DNA of 64,000 nucleotides, from positions 2,816,001 to 2,880,000 of the forward strand of contig OZ252244.1 in NCBI GenBank assembly GCA_965249575.1, in the 5' to 3' direction. Source of the stretch: Gemmatimonadales bacterium. Lineage in GTDB: Bacteria; Gemmatimonadota; Gemmatimonadetes; Gemmatimonadales; GWC2-71-9. Below, piece after piece: positions 30,050-39,962 of the stretch (positions are counted from its first letter, which is position 1; each line of letters begins with the position of its first letter). Below the pieces are notes generated by a model. The model made no database searches and had not been told where the DNA came from. It worked only from the letters and a program-made list of their open reading frames with translations. The translations under genes and the position numbers were made by a program.

Positions 30050-31756
30050 ATGAAAACCGTCGGCTCCCATCTGGCTGCGCTCGTCGTGGGCGACGGCAAG
30101 CTCCAGCGGCAGCTCGTACCGTTCGGGAAGTACATCGCCCTCCTCGTTACGGTCATCTTGCTCTACGGATGGCTGTTTCACGTAATCATGGCGTGGGAAG
30201 GCCAGCGGCATACCTGGTTCACGGGCATCTACTGGGCGCTGACCGTGATGAGCACGCTCGGCTTCGGCGACATCACGTTCGAGAGCGATCTGGGACGCGT
30301 GTTCAGCTCGATCGTGCTGCTGAGCGGAGTGGTACTCCTCCTCATCATCCTCCCCTTCCTGTTCATCCGGTTCGTGTACGCCCCATGGCTTGAGCAGCGG
30401 AGTCGCAGCCGCATACGGGCGCTCCAGTCGGTGCCGGCCAAGGTCGCGGGCCACGTGCTGATCTGCGCCAACGATCCCATCGCCCTCGGGCTCATCCGCC
30501 GGCTCGAGCTGGCGGGCGTGCCCGCGTACGTGATCGAGCCCGATGCCGACCTCGCGGTTCGCATGCAGGATGCCGGCCTACGGGTCTTGACCGGCGAAAT
30601 CGACGCCGTCGAGACCTACCGAGCGGCCGGCGCGGAACGGGCGCGCTTGGTCCTGGCCAACGCAACCGATACGGTCAACTCCAACATCGGCCTCACGGTC
30701 CGCGAGCTGTCCGAGTCCGTGCCGCTCGTGGCGCTGGCCGCCGCGGAGGATTCCATCGACGTCCTCGAGCTGAGCGGGGCCACGCACGTGCTGCCCCTCA
30801 CGCGGCAGCTCGGCGAGCACCTGGCCAACCGGGTGAGTGCGGGGACGGCGCACGCGAACGTCATCGGCAAGTTTCACGACCTCCTGCTCGCCGAGTTTCC
30901 GGTGCACAACACGCCGCTGCAGGGTCGGACGATCAGGGACACGCGGCTACGCGAGTTCACCGGGGTGACGATCGTCGGCGTGTGGGAGCGCGGGCGGCTG
31001 GAGCCCGCGCGGCCGGATCTCGGGTTGTCGCCGCTCAGCGTGCCGGTCGCGATCGGTACGCCCGAGCAGATCGAGGAGCTGAACGACGTGCTCGTGATCT
31101 ACGATGCCAATCCCAATCCGGTGCTCATCATCGGTGGCGGCAAGGTGGGACGCGCCGCCGCCCGGGCGCTCAAGCGGCGGGAGATCGCCGTGCATATCGT
31201 GGAACGGAAGGCGGAGCTCAAAGCCAAGATCGCCGGCATTCCCGACCGGCTGTTTCTGGGAGATGCGGCCGACCGGCACGTGCTCGACGAGGCAGGGATC
31301 GCTGATGCGCCGTCGATCCTGCTGACGACGCACGACGACGCGATGAACGTGTACCTGACGGTCTATTGCCGGCGGCTCAATCCCGACGCGCGTATCCTTA
31401 CGCGGGTCACCCACGAGCGGAACGTCGAGGCCATTCAGCGGGCCGGGGCTGACTTCGTTCTGAGCTACGCGTCATTCGGAGTGCAGACGGTGTTCTCGAT
31501 TGTCCACGGGCGCGAGCTCGTCATGCTGGGGGAGGGCGTAGACCTCTTTTATGTACCGCTCCCGGCATCACTCGCGGACAAGACCCTTGCCCAAGCCGAG
31601 ATCGGTGCCCGCACGGGCCTCAATGTGATCGCCCTCCAGGAAAACGGGCAGATCGTCGCCGACCTGACGGCGGATAGGCCGTTGGCCAAGGGCTCGGCGT
31701 TGGTCGCTTTGGGCAGCGCGGAGCAACGGGAGCGCTTCGGCGGAGTTTACTCTTGA
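30050..31756 (+). CDS. Potassium channel with tandem RCK (TrkA-N/TrkA-C) domains
   Basis: Two TM helices with pore motif MSTLGFGDI; IIGGGKVG; repeated TrkA-C segments. Confidence 0.88.
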   Translation: MKTVGSHLAALVVGDGKLQRQLVPFGKYIALLVTVILLYGWLFHVIMAWEGQRHTWFTGIYWALTVMSTLGFGDITFESDLGRVFSSIVLLSGVVLLLIILPFLFIRFVYAPWLEQRSRSRIRALQSVPAKVAGHVLICANDPIALGLIRRLELAGVPAYVIEPDADLAVRMQDAGLRVLTGEIDAVETYRAAGAERARLVLANATDTVNSNIGLTVRELSESVPLVALAAAEDSIDVLELSGATHVLPLTRQLGEHLANRVSAGTAHANVIGKFHDLLLAEFPVHNTPLQGRTIRDTRLREFTGVTIVGVWERGRLEPARPDLGLSPLSVPVAIGTPEQIEELNDVLVIYDANPNPVLIIGGGKVGRAAARALKRREIAVHIVERKAELKAKIAGIPDRLFLGDAADRHVLDEAGIADAPSILLTTHDDAMNVYLTVYCRRLNPDARILTRVTHERNVEAIQRAGADFVLSYASFGVQTVFSIVHGRELVMLGEGVDLFYVPLPASLADKTLAQAEIGARTGLNVIALQENGQIVADLTADRPLAKGSALVALGSAEQRERFGGVYS

Positions 31757-31797
31757 AGGACCGCGATCAAGCAGCGGCCGGCTCGGGACCGGACTAG

Positions 31798-33378
31798 GTG
31801 CCGAGCACCGACCCGCCACTCATTCACGAGCTGATCGACCGCCGGGCCCGGCAGAACCGGGATGACCCGTTCTGCTACTTCGAAGACGACGTCATCACCT
31901 TCGGTATGCTGGACGAGGAGTCCGGACGACTCGCGAGTGGTTTGGCCGAGGTCGGGGTCGGCGCGAATGACCGAGTGGCGGTCATGCTTCCAAACCATCC
32001 CGACCACATCTACATCATCCTGGCGCTGCTCGGAATCGGCGCCGTCCACGTCCCGCTCAACGTGCACCAGAAGGCGGTGGGACTCGGTCACGTTTTGGGC
32101 GATTCGGCGGCGACTACGGTGATCGCGGATCGTTGCTATGATGGGGCGCTCGCTCCATTCCTCACGGGCAAATCAGATGTGAAGCGGGTACTCTGGCGGG
32201 GTGGGCTCCCGGCAGCGGGAGAGGGAAATGCGAGCACTGCGTTCGAAGAGCTGAGACTCCGAGAACGGGAGCGGCGGCCGGTGCAGCGGCGCCAACCGGA
32301 CCGACTCGTGTCCGTTACCTATACCTCCGGCACCACCGGGCCGGCGAAGGGCGTATTGCTGACCGAGCGGATGTATCGCGCGGCGGCCGAGAGCGCTGGG
32401 CTCGCCGCGGATGTCCGGCCCGGTGACGTGCTGTTCCTGTGGGAACCACTCTACCATATCGCGGGTGTGCAGACCGTGGTGCTGTGCTTGCAACGCGGTG
32501 TGCCGTGCGCCCTCGTGGAACGATTCAGTGCTTCGGGCTTCTGGAATCAGGTGCGGCGGTACGGGGCGACTCAGATTCACTATCTCGGAGGTGTCGTTGG
32601 GCTGCTCATGAAACAGCCACAGCGGCCGGACGACCGGGACAATCCGGCGCGAATAGCGTGGGGTGCCGCAGCCCCCCCGGAGCTGTGGCCGGGCTTCGAG
32701 CAGCGCTTTGGTGTGCGAATTCAGGAGTGTTACGGACTCACCGAGGGCTCGAGCTTCACGACCATCAACCGGGACGGTCGAGTCGGCTCCGTCGGCAAGC
32801 CGGTGGACCATTTCGAGGTGCGCATCGCGGCAGATGACGGAACTCCGCTTCCACACAGCCGGGTTGGGGAAATCGTCCAGCGGGCTCGGGAGCCCGGACT
32901 GGTAATGAAGGGATACCTGAATGATCCCGATGGGACTCGCGAGGCGCTCTGCGGGGGCTGGCTTCATACCGGCGACCTGGGCTACTGCGATTCGGATGGA
33001 TTCTTTTACTACGCGGGGCGGAAGAGCGATAGCATCCGCAGCCGTGGCGAACGGATATCCGCTTGGGAAGTGGAGCGTGTCGTGAATGCGTGCCCCGGGG
33101 TGGAGGAGTGTGCCGTGATCGGGGTCCCGTCCGAGTTTGGTGAGAGCCACATCAAGGTGTTTGTCCGGCCGGAGGTGGAGCGGTCTCTGGATCCGTTGGA
33201 ACTCGTTCGCTGGTGCGACGGGCGTCTGCCCTACTTCCAGGTGCCGCGATACGTCGCCGTCGTGGACTCGTTCCCCAGGACGCCCAGCGAGAGGATTCGA
33301 AAGGAAGAGCTTTCCCGTTCGGTGGACGATTGCTGGGACCTTGACCAGTCCGGCTACCGGCTTTCCCGGTCCGGGTGA
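31798..33378 (+). CDS. CaiC-like acyl-CoA ligase
   Basis: YTSGTTGPAKGV, PLYHIAG, ERFSASGFW, ECYGLTEG, WLHTGDLG, RGERISAWEVE. Confidence 0.9.
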   Translation: MPSTDPPLIHELIDRRARQNRDDPFCYFEDDVITFGMLDEESGRLASGLAEVGVGANDRVAVMLPNHPDHIYIILALLGIGAVHVPLNVHQKAVGLGHVLGDSAATTVIADRCYDGALAPFLTGKSDVKRVLWRGGLPAAGEGNASTAFEELRLRERERRPVQRRQPDRLVSVTYTSGTTGPAKGVLLTERMYRAAAESAGLAADVRPGDVLFLWEPLYHIAGVQTVVLCLQRGVPCALVERFSASGFWNQVRRYGATQIHYLGGVVGLLMKQPQRPDDRDNPARIAWGAAAPPELWPGFEQRFGVRIQECYGLTEGSSFTTINRDGRVGSVGKPVDHFEVRIAADDGTPLPHSRVGEIVQRAREPGLVMKGYLNDPDGTREALCGGWLHTGDLGYCDSDGFFYYAGRKSDSIRSRGERISAWEVERVVNACPGVEECAVIGVPSEFGESHIKVFVRPEVERSLDPLELVRWCDGRLPYFQVPRYVAVVDSFPRTPSERIRKEELSRSVDDCWDLDQSGYRLSRSG

Positions 33379-33385
33379 TGGCGGC

Positions 33386-33564
33386 ATGACCCCCGGCGAG
33401 CCGGAGCTGGTCCTCGACGGGCTAGTCAAGAACTACGGTGACGTCACCGCCGCCTCCAGTTCCAGATCGATTCGACGATCGCCGCCGCGTCTACGCTCCT
33501 GGTGGTGTTATCACTCATTGTGCTGGTCGGCGGCATGGCGCTGAGGCGCCGTGCTGGCGCGTAG
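33386..33564 (+). pseudogene. Scar of a deleted PotABCD-type ABC cassette (ATPase 5' stub plus permease 3' stub)
   Basis: 33386: MTPGEPELVLDGLVKNYGDVTA; 33454-33564 in another frame: LQFQIDSTIAAASTLLVVLSLIVLVGGMALRRRAGA*. Confidence 0.72.
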
Positions 33565-33578
33565 GGGGTGAGGCCTGG

Positions 33579-34343
33579 ATGTATACCAACATCGTGTTCG
33601 AGCGCGACGGCGCCGTTGCCGTCATTACCCTGAACCGTCCCCGCGTCCTCAACGCGCTCAGTCGCGCGCTCAAGGCCGAGTTGGCAGATGCGCTGGGACG
33701 CGTAGCGAATGATGCCGGTATCCGAGCGGTTGTCCTGACGGGAGCCGGAAAGGCCTTCAGTGCGGGTCAAGACTTGAACGAGGCGAAAGACCTCGACGGC
33801 GCCGCGGCCGAGGAATGGGTGCGGGAGTACGAGCGACTGTACCAGCAGATCCGGTCGCTCGACGTACCGGTAATCGCAGCCGTCAACGGGTGGGCGGTCG
33901 GCGCGGGTTGTCAGCTAGCACTCCTCGCGGACATCCGCATTTCCTCTAACAGCGCGAAGTACGGAATGCCTGAAATCCGGGACGGCATTCCGGCGATCTT
34001 CGGACTGGGTTTTCTGTGGAACGTTGTTGGGATGAGCCGAGCGATTTATCTCGTGCTGAGCGGCGAGCACTTGGGAGCTCGCGAGGCCTTGCAGTCGGGC
34101 CTCACCGTCAAGGTCGTGCCCGGAGCTCGGCTACTCGCCGAGTCCCTGCAGCTCGCCCGCAAACTGGCCGATCATGCCACACTCGCGATGAGGCTCAACA
34201 AGGAATGGGCGCGCCGGCTCACCGACGAGCACTTCGCGGCGGCGACCGCATTCTGCGTGGCGGCACAACGCGACGCCTTCGGCGCGGGAGATGCCAAACG
34301 GCACATGGAGGCGTTCCTGGAAAAGCGGAGCGGGGCGGGGTAG
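33579..34343 (+). CDS. Enoyl-CoA hydratase/isomerase family
   Basis: ITLNRPRVLNALS, AFSAGQDL, PVIAAVNGWAVGAG, MPE; start at ATG 33579 after GAGG. Confidence 0.9.
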   Translation: MYTNIVFERDGAVAVITLNRPRVLNALSRALKAELADALGRVANDAGIRAVVLTGAGKAFSAGQDLNEAKDLDGAAAEEWVREYERLYQQIRSLDVPVIAAVNGWAVGAGCQLALLADIRISSNSAKYGMPEIRDGIPAIFGLGFLWNVVGMSRAIYLVLSGEHLGAREALQSGLTVKVVPGARLLAESLQLARKLADHATLAMRLNKEWARRLTDEHFAAATAFCVAAQRDAFGAGDAKRHMEAFLEKRSGAG

Positions 34344-34384
34344 GCCCGGTTGCTCTCCCGGGCGTGGCGGTCGGAGCCCATCGT

Positions 34385-36862
34385 CTACCGGAGGCGCAGG
34401 AGCGGCCATAGGCTGGAGCGGTCGTCAGTCCACAGCACGGGCGACGGGTCGGTCTCGACCCAAACCAGTCGCTCGTTTTCCCGAACGGTGCTCCCGAGTT
34501 GTCCCGCGGTGATGCGCCGTTCGATTTCGGCCACGTTCACGCCGAGGCTGGTCGCAGCTTTGCCGACGGGTTCCCAGACAAACGGGAAGGGACTCGCGGC
34601 GCGAGCGATCTCGTCCTCGGTAAATATCGGGTTGCCTGGTTTTCCAACGATGAGCCACGACGAGCCAAGTACCCCGGGGTCTACCCGGCCACCTCGCTGG
34701 ATCCACACCCCTTGAAAGCCGAAACGTCGGGCCAGTCCCCGAATCACCGGTCTCAGGTTCACGTAGCGGTTGGAAACGTGGAAGAGGAGCAATCCGTTCT
34801 CCTTCAAGTGCTGCAGGTACAGCGCCGTGCTTTGCTCCGTCAGCAAGTGGACCGGGATCGCGTCGCTGGTGAACGCGTCGATGACGAGTAGGTCGAACTC
34901 CTGACTCTCTCCACGTCGCAGCTCCTCCTCGAGCCGGATGCGCCCGTCGCCCAAGACGATTTCGACCTGGGCGTCCGAGTCCTCGAGGTACGTGAAATAC
35001 CGGCCGGCGACCTGCGCGACGGCCGGATTGATCTCGTAGAACCTGAACACGTCCCCGGGCCGCCCGTAGGCCGCGAGCGTGCCGGCGCCGAGGCCCACGA
35101 TTCCTACGCGGATGCCGTCTGGCGAGCGGTTCGGCGTGCCATTTCGAGCATAGGAGTCGAGCACCATTCCGACACCGCTTGCCGGATCGTAGTACGCAAT
35201 GGGTTGCCCGCGTTTCTCCTCACTGAGGAACTGCCGGCCATGAGCCGTACTGCCATCGATCAGGGCTCTGTAGTCGGTGAGTGAGTCACCGCGATCAACG
35301 ACGCGAAGCATGCCATAGAAATTCCTGGCGGCGTGGATCGCATCCTCTTGGCCCGTTCTCACATGCAGCACGAGGGCCACGCCGAGCGCCGCAACGCAGA
35401 TCCTCAGAGCGGGTCGATACCATATCGGGCGCCGCTCTGCAGCCACTCGGGTCAGGTCCTTGCTCGCAGCGAGCAACACAGCCGCTGCGCAGGTCGCTGC
35501 GAGTAGCAGGTACGGCCAGTGCATCTCCCAGACAGTCACTCCGCGCCGCTGGATCTCCGACCAGCCGGCAAGGTCGATGCCGAACCAGGGCCGGTAGTCC
35601 CCGACGAGCGCAATGCCCCCCACGAGCAGGAGCAGGCCCGCCACGCCCACATAGCTTGCGACGAGGCGCCGTACATCGGGTGTGGCGTCGGGATCGCGAA
35701 ATCCGGCCACCATTCCGAGGAGGCACGCCGTCCCCAGCGCGAGGTGTAGCTCCCAGAAGCCCTGGAACACCAGTGGCGCGATGAGGACGACGAACACGCC
35801 GCCCAACACACCGCCCGCTGCGACCATCAAGTAGAAGAGCGTGAGATGAACCGCCGGGGGCCGGGACCGCATCAACTCGCCATGACACGTCATGCAACTC
35901 GCGAACAATACGCCGGTGTAGATCACGAGTTGAGGCCAGAACGGGACGGTATTTCCCACGAGCAGCAGCGCGACGGTCAGCGCTCCCATGACAGCCAGCA
36001 GTGAACCGAACACCCACCGCACGTACCATTGCTCCCTGTCGAAGCAAATGACGAAGGTCAGCAGGTAGATCGACAGCGGTACGACCCAGAGGAATGGGAC
36101 GCTCGCCACCTCCTGCGTGAGCTTGTTGGTCGTCGCCATCAGCATAGCCGATCCCGCGGCCGCAAGCCCGAGCCACAACGGGACGGGAAGGGCGCGCCGT
36201 CGGTCTGGAGCTGAACCTTCGCCCGGCTGCATGATCGGATTGCCGGCCGCTGGAACGTCCGGGCTGCCCGCGGCCCTCCGCCTCCCGACGATCACGATCA
36301 CAGCACACCAGCCCGCCGCCAGGGTGAACAGCACGTACGCCCACGACCACATCGTGGTCTGTCCCGCCAGCGTCAACGTGGGCTCCACCAAGACCGGGTA
36401 GCTCACCAAGGCCAGGAGCGAAGCTGCATTCGAGAGGGCGTAGAGGCGGTAGGGGGAACGGTCCGGCTGTGACCGGCTGAACCAGTGCTGCATGAGCGGG
36501 CCGGTCGACGCGAGGAGAACGAAGGGCACGCCGATGGTACCGACCAAGAGCAGGAGTATCCGCCCCACGGGTTCGTCGTCCGGGCTTGGTTTCCACCAGG
36601 GTCCGGGCGCGATGGGTAACAGCGTGAGGGACACCGCCAGTAATGCGAGATGAACCCAACCGTGCGCGCCCGGCTTGAGCCGCCGGGAAAGCCAATGTGC
36701 GTAACCGTAGCCAACGAGCAGCGAGACCTGGAAGAACAGCAGACAGGTCGTCCATACCGACGAGGCGCCGCCGAACCACGGCAGGATGTACCTGCCCATC
36801 AATGGCTGTACCTGAAAGAGCAAGAAGGCGCCCAGGAAAATCGCCAACGCAAAAGCGATCAT
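34385..36862 (-). CDS. Integral-membrane protein fused to a spermidine-synthase-like SAM methyltransferase domain
   Basis: FLLFQVQP...LPWFGG, PYRLYALSN, CHGEL, RNFYG, VGLGAGTLAAY, YEINP, GDGR, DAFTSDAIPVHLLT, WTDD. Confidence 0.88.
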   Translation of the reverse strand: MIAFALAIFLGAFLLFQVQPLMGRYILPWFGGASSVWTTCLLFFQVSLLVGYGYAHWLSRRLKPGAHGWVHLALLAVSLTLLPIAPGPWWKPSPDDEPVGRILLLLVGTIGVPFVLLASTGPLMQHWFSRSQPDRSPYRLYALSNAASLLALVSYPVLVEPTLTLAGQTTMWSWAYVLFTLAAGWCAVIVIVGRRRAAGSPDVPAAGNPIMQPGEGSAPDRRRALPVPLWLGLAAAGSAMLMATTNKLTQEVASVPFLWVVPLSIYLLTFVICFDREQWYVRWVFGSLLAVMGALTVALLLVGNTVPFWPQLVIYTGVLFASCMTCHGELMRSRPPAVHLTLFYLMVAAGGVLGGVFVVLIAPLVFQGFWELHLALGTACLLGMVAGFRDPDATPDVRRLVASYVGVAGLLLLVGGIALVGDYRPWFGIDLAGWSEIQRRGVTVWEMHWPYLLLAATCAAAVLLAASKDLTRVAAERRPIWYRPALRICVAALGVALVLHVRTGQEDAIHAARNFYGMLRVVDRGDSLTDYRALIDGSTAHGRQFLSEEKRGQPIAYYDPASGVGMVLDSYARNGTPNRSPDGIRVGIVGLGAGTLAAYGRPGDVFRFYEINPAVAQVAGRYFTYLEDSDAQVEIVLGDGRIRLEEELRRGESQEFDLLVIDAFTSDAIPVHLLTEQSTALYLQHLKENGLLLFHVSNRYVNLRPVIRGLARRFGFQGVWIQRGGRVDPGVLGSSWLIVGKPGNPIFTEDEIARAASPFPFVWEPVGKAATSLGVNVAEIERRITAGQLGSTVRENERLVWVETDPSPVLWTDDRSSLWPLLRLR

Positions 36863-37030
36863 TGGAATGGAGGCAACTCGTCGGTGGGGTGGAGGAACGG
36901 TGCAAACACGGCGCTGAAGCTACTCACGAATCGCGTTTCGTGCGTGGCGGGCCGGTTTTCGAGGACTGTCCTATACCTTCCCGGTGCGGTCACCGACAGG
37001 CTAACTATTACACTCCCATATGTCGTTTTT

Positions 37031-37042
37031 GTACGATCGTAC
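37031..37042. promoter_or_regulatory. Perfect 12-bp palindrome, candidate repressor operator
   Basis: GTACGATCGTAC in the divergent intergenic region about 140 bp upstream of an acyl-CoA ligase. Confidence 0.45.
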
Positions 37043-37184
37043 CCTGGGATGGTGAGTGGGAGAGCGCACGTGACGGATCGCCAACTAGGACGACCCTCGG
37101 CTGTCGAGTGGAGGTCGAAGGAGAGGAGCGACCCGCTTTGGTTGGTGACTGGTTGATGCTTTGGCTGACAGGGCGGGGGAACGC

Positions 37185-38768
37185 GTGACGGAGGTTCGCA
37201 CGATCACGACCGTGCTCGACGCGCAGGTGAGGGCACGCCCCGACAAGCGGTTCTTGCGCTTCCGGGATGCCGACCTCACCTACGCAGAGTTCGATCGCCG
37301 CGCTCGTTCCTTCGCTGCGGGGCTCCGGCGCCATCGTGTGGCGGAAGCCGGAGGTGGAGCGGGGCCATTGCGGATCCTACCGACGCTGCTTCCGAACTGC
37401 GCGGACGCGATCATACTCTGGTTCGCTGCCAATCGGGTCGGTACGGTTTGGACATCTCTCAACACCGAGTTTCGTGGCCAGGGTCTCGCCCACGCCATCA
37501 ACCTCACCGGTTCGCGTGATCTGATCGTGGATGAGGCGCTCTTGCACCCGGTCATCGAAGTCGGTGGGCAGCTCAGACATCTCGAGCGGCTGTTCGTTCG
37601 GGGGGGCTCCGGCGACCGTCTGTCAGCACCAGCCGGCCAGCCGTTCGAGCTCCTCCCCCTGAATGCGGTCGTGGTCGAGGACGATGGTGCCCCACCGATA
37701 CCGCCACGGACGCCGGCGGACGCATCGCTGCTGATCTACACGTCGGGTACGACTGGAGTGTCCAAGGCGTGCGAGCTGTCGCACCGGTATGTCATTGGAC
37801 AGGCTGGCATGATGGCTCGCGCCCTCGGGATGTGCGGAGACGACGTTGCGTTTTGTCCGTACCCGATCTTCCACTTGGACGCCACGATCGGCACGATCAT
37901 CCCGGCACTGCTGCTCGGAGCCACGGCGGTTATCGCCGAGCGCTTCAGTGTGTCTCAGTTCTGGAACGACGTCCGCCACTTTGGCGTCACGACATTCGAC
38001 TTCATGGGCGCGACGCTGACCTGGCTCTACAACCAGGACGCGCGGCCCGACGACGCCGACAACCCGGCTCGCCTCGGCTGGGGCGTGCCGATGCCGGCCT
38101 TCAAGGCCGACTTCGAGCGGCGCTTCGGGCTCACCCTGATCGAAGGCTACGGCTCCACCGAAGGGGGAGTCATGGTCTTTCAGACTCCCGGCGAGTCCTA
38201 CCCGATCGGCTCGTGCGGTCGGTGCATCCCCGAGTACCAGCTCCGCATCCTCGACGACGACGACACCCCCCTGGGTCCGGGCGGGATCGGGGAGATCGCC
38301 GTCAAGCCAACCAGAGATGAGGACCGTGACCTCATGATGAGCGGCTACTACCGGATGCCCGAGGTGAATGCAGAGGCGTTCCGGGGCGACTGGTTACACA
38401 CCGGTGATCTGGGTCGGGTCGACGAAGCGGGCAATCTGTTCTTCGAAGGCCGCAAAAACGATGCGATTCGGCGACGAGGAGAGAACATATCCGCGTTAGA
38501 AATCGAGCAGGTAATCGAGTCGCATCCGGCAGTGCTCAAGGTGGCGGCCTACGGCGTGCCAAGCGAGTTTACCGAAGAAGATGTGGCGGTTGCGGTGGTA
38601 CTCAAGTCGGGGCAGGAGCTTTCGGCCGACGAGCTTCTCCAGTTCTGCGGAACACGCATGGCCCGCCACATGGTGCCGGCCCATGTTCGCTTTCTCGACA
38701 CCCTTCCCAAGACACCCACGGAGAAGGTGACCAAAGGTGTTCTCAAGGAGTCGCATCGGCCCAGCTGA
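37185..38768 (+). CDS. CaiC-like acyl-CoA ligase
   Basis: IYTSGTTGVSK, PIFHLD, ERFSVSQFW, EGYGSTEG, WLHTGDLG, RRRGENISALEIE, LPKTPTEK; start GTG approximate. Confidence 0.9.
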   Translation: MTEVRTITTVLDAQVRARPDKRFLRFRDADLTYAEFDRRARSFAAGLRRHRVAEAGGGAGPLRILPTLLPNCADAIILWFAANRVGTVWTSLNTEFRGQGLAHAINLTGSRDLIVDEALLHPVIEVGGQLRHLERLFVRGGSGDRLSAPAGQPFELLPLNAVVVEDDGAPPIPPRTPADASLLIYTSGTTGVSKACELSHRYVIGQAGMMARALGMCGDDVAFCPYPIFHLDATIGTIIPALLLGATAVIAERFSVSQFWNDVRHFGVTTFDFMGATLTWLYNQDARPDDADNPARLGWGVPMPAFKADFERRFGLTLIEGYGSTEGGVMVFQTPGESYPIGSCGRCIPEYQLRILDDDDTPLGPGGIGEIAVKPTRDEDRDLMMSGYYRMPEVNAEAFRGDWLHTGDLGRVDEAGNLFFEGRKNDAIRRRGENISALEIEQVIESHPAVLKVAAYGVPSEFTEEDVAVAVVLKSGQELSADELLQFCGTRMARHMVPAHVRFLDTLPKTPTEKVTKGVLKESHRPS

Positions 38769-38824
38769 GACCGGGACGGAGTCGAGGAAGACCGCACCGA
38801 GGGAGGACGCCACGTGAGCTCTCC

Positions 38825-39170
38825 CTAGTATCCGGCGTAGGGCGAGAGCCGCTCCGAAAGGCCGTCGCCGGAGGCTTCACTCCTACCTGCGGCACCATCC
38901 GCACCAACCGCCGAGCCAAGGACAACCTGTGCCTGCACCCACAAGGTCAGGTCGAACTCGGCACCGATTGGGTGTGTACGATCGGTGTGGTTGAAGGCGT
39001 TCCGTATTGTGAAGCTCAGCCGCAGCCTCCGCTCCCACAGTCCCTTCTGCATCGACAAATCGAACAGCCACTGTGATGGCACCACCGAGGAGTACGCGCC
39101 CCCTGTCTCCTCCACGACGTTCCGATACTCGTGCCACCGGCTGCCGCCTCGGTACCGGAGCTGGAAACCA
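38825..39170 (-). pseudogene. C-terminal remnant of a TonB-dependent receptor
   Basis: Amphipathic strands FQLRYRG...WLFDLSMQKGLWERRLRLSFTIRNAFN...HPIGAEFDLTLWVQ; the upstream part is replaced by tspO. Confidence 0.6.
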
Positions 39171-39674
39171 TCAGTAGGCACCTACCCCGGCGTTCGCTTG
39201 CCAGACACCGTATCCCCACAGGTTGGCGTAAGCCAGGTAGAGGAGGTACGGCGTGAAAGACCACGCGGCGATACGATCCAGTTTGAGCAGCGCCAGGAGT
39301 AACCCGACCGCCACGATGTCGTACGGTATGACAGCGAAAAACGCCATCCGGAGGTTGCCGCCAAAGAAGACGACGTTCCATGCGGCGTTGATGCCCATCA
39401 TCAGAAGGGTGAGTGTCACCGCGGTCGGCCTGAGCCTGCTCCGTTCTCCGACGCGAAGCACGCGGTACAGAACGACGAAGCAGATGGCGTAGTAGATGCC
39501 ACCGATGACGAGCCATCCCCAGAGTGGAGGAGAGTAGGCTGGCAACCGCATTGAGGCATATCTGTCCGCGACATCCGCTCCAGCAAGTACGCCCTCGAGC
39601 AACGCAAATCCAATGCAGACGGCCAGCGCCCACAAGAAAGACGCTCTGCGTGTTTGGCTGTGTGTCTCGGTCAT
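39171..39674 (-). CDS. tspO: TspO/MBR family protein
   Basis: YASMRLPAYSPPLWGW, NAAWNVVFFG, PYLLYLAYA; five TM segments. Confidence 0.82.
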   Translation of the reverse strand: MTETHSQTRRASFLWALAVCIGFALLEGVLAGADVADRYASMRLPAYSPPLWGWLVIGGIYYAICFVVLYRVLRVGERSRLRPTAVTLTLLMMGINAAWNVVFFGGNLRMAFFAVIPYDIVAVGLLLALLKLDRIAAWSFTPYLLYLAYANLWGYGVWQANAGVGAY

Positions 39675-39816
39675 GTGGGCCCAATGATGGTGTATACGGT
39701 TCGGTGGAAGCCAGACGGCTCCCCGCATAAGCTAGTACCGACCCCCCGGCGGGTTCCCCCCACTCCCTGCTGGCCTCGACATCGCCCTGGAAGCGTGCGT
39801 TCGGCGCTCCTACCTT

Positions 39817-39870
39817 TAGGGCATCTAGGGCATCTAGGGCATCTAGGGCATCTAGGGCATCTAGGGCATC
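39817..39870. repeat. Perfect 9-bp tandem repeat x6 (VNTR)
   Basis: TAGGGCATC at 39817, 39826, 39835, 39844, 39853, 39862. Confidence 0.95.
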
Positions 39871-39962
39871 GACGGAGCTCCGACCGGCGGAGCATCCGCA
39901 GTCTCCGGACAGCTCGATCAGACCCGATTCCCCGAAGTCCCCCCGCCTCGAGGAGGCCCACC

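Noticed and set aside
39817..39870. CRISPR array (also considered for 1942-1980)
   Set aside because: Units are 9-10 bp and contiguous with no spacers; no cas genes in the window
39654..39962. N-terminal (LGH)n extension of propeller paralogue 2
   Set aside because: Produced by the 9-bp repeat; a strong RBS and signal peptide mark ATG 39963 as the start
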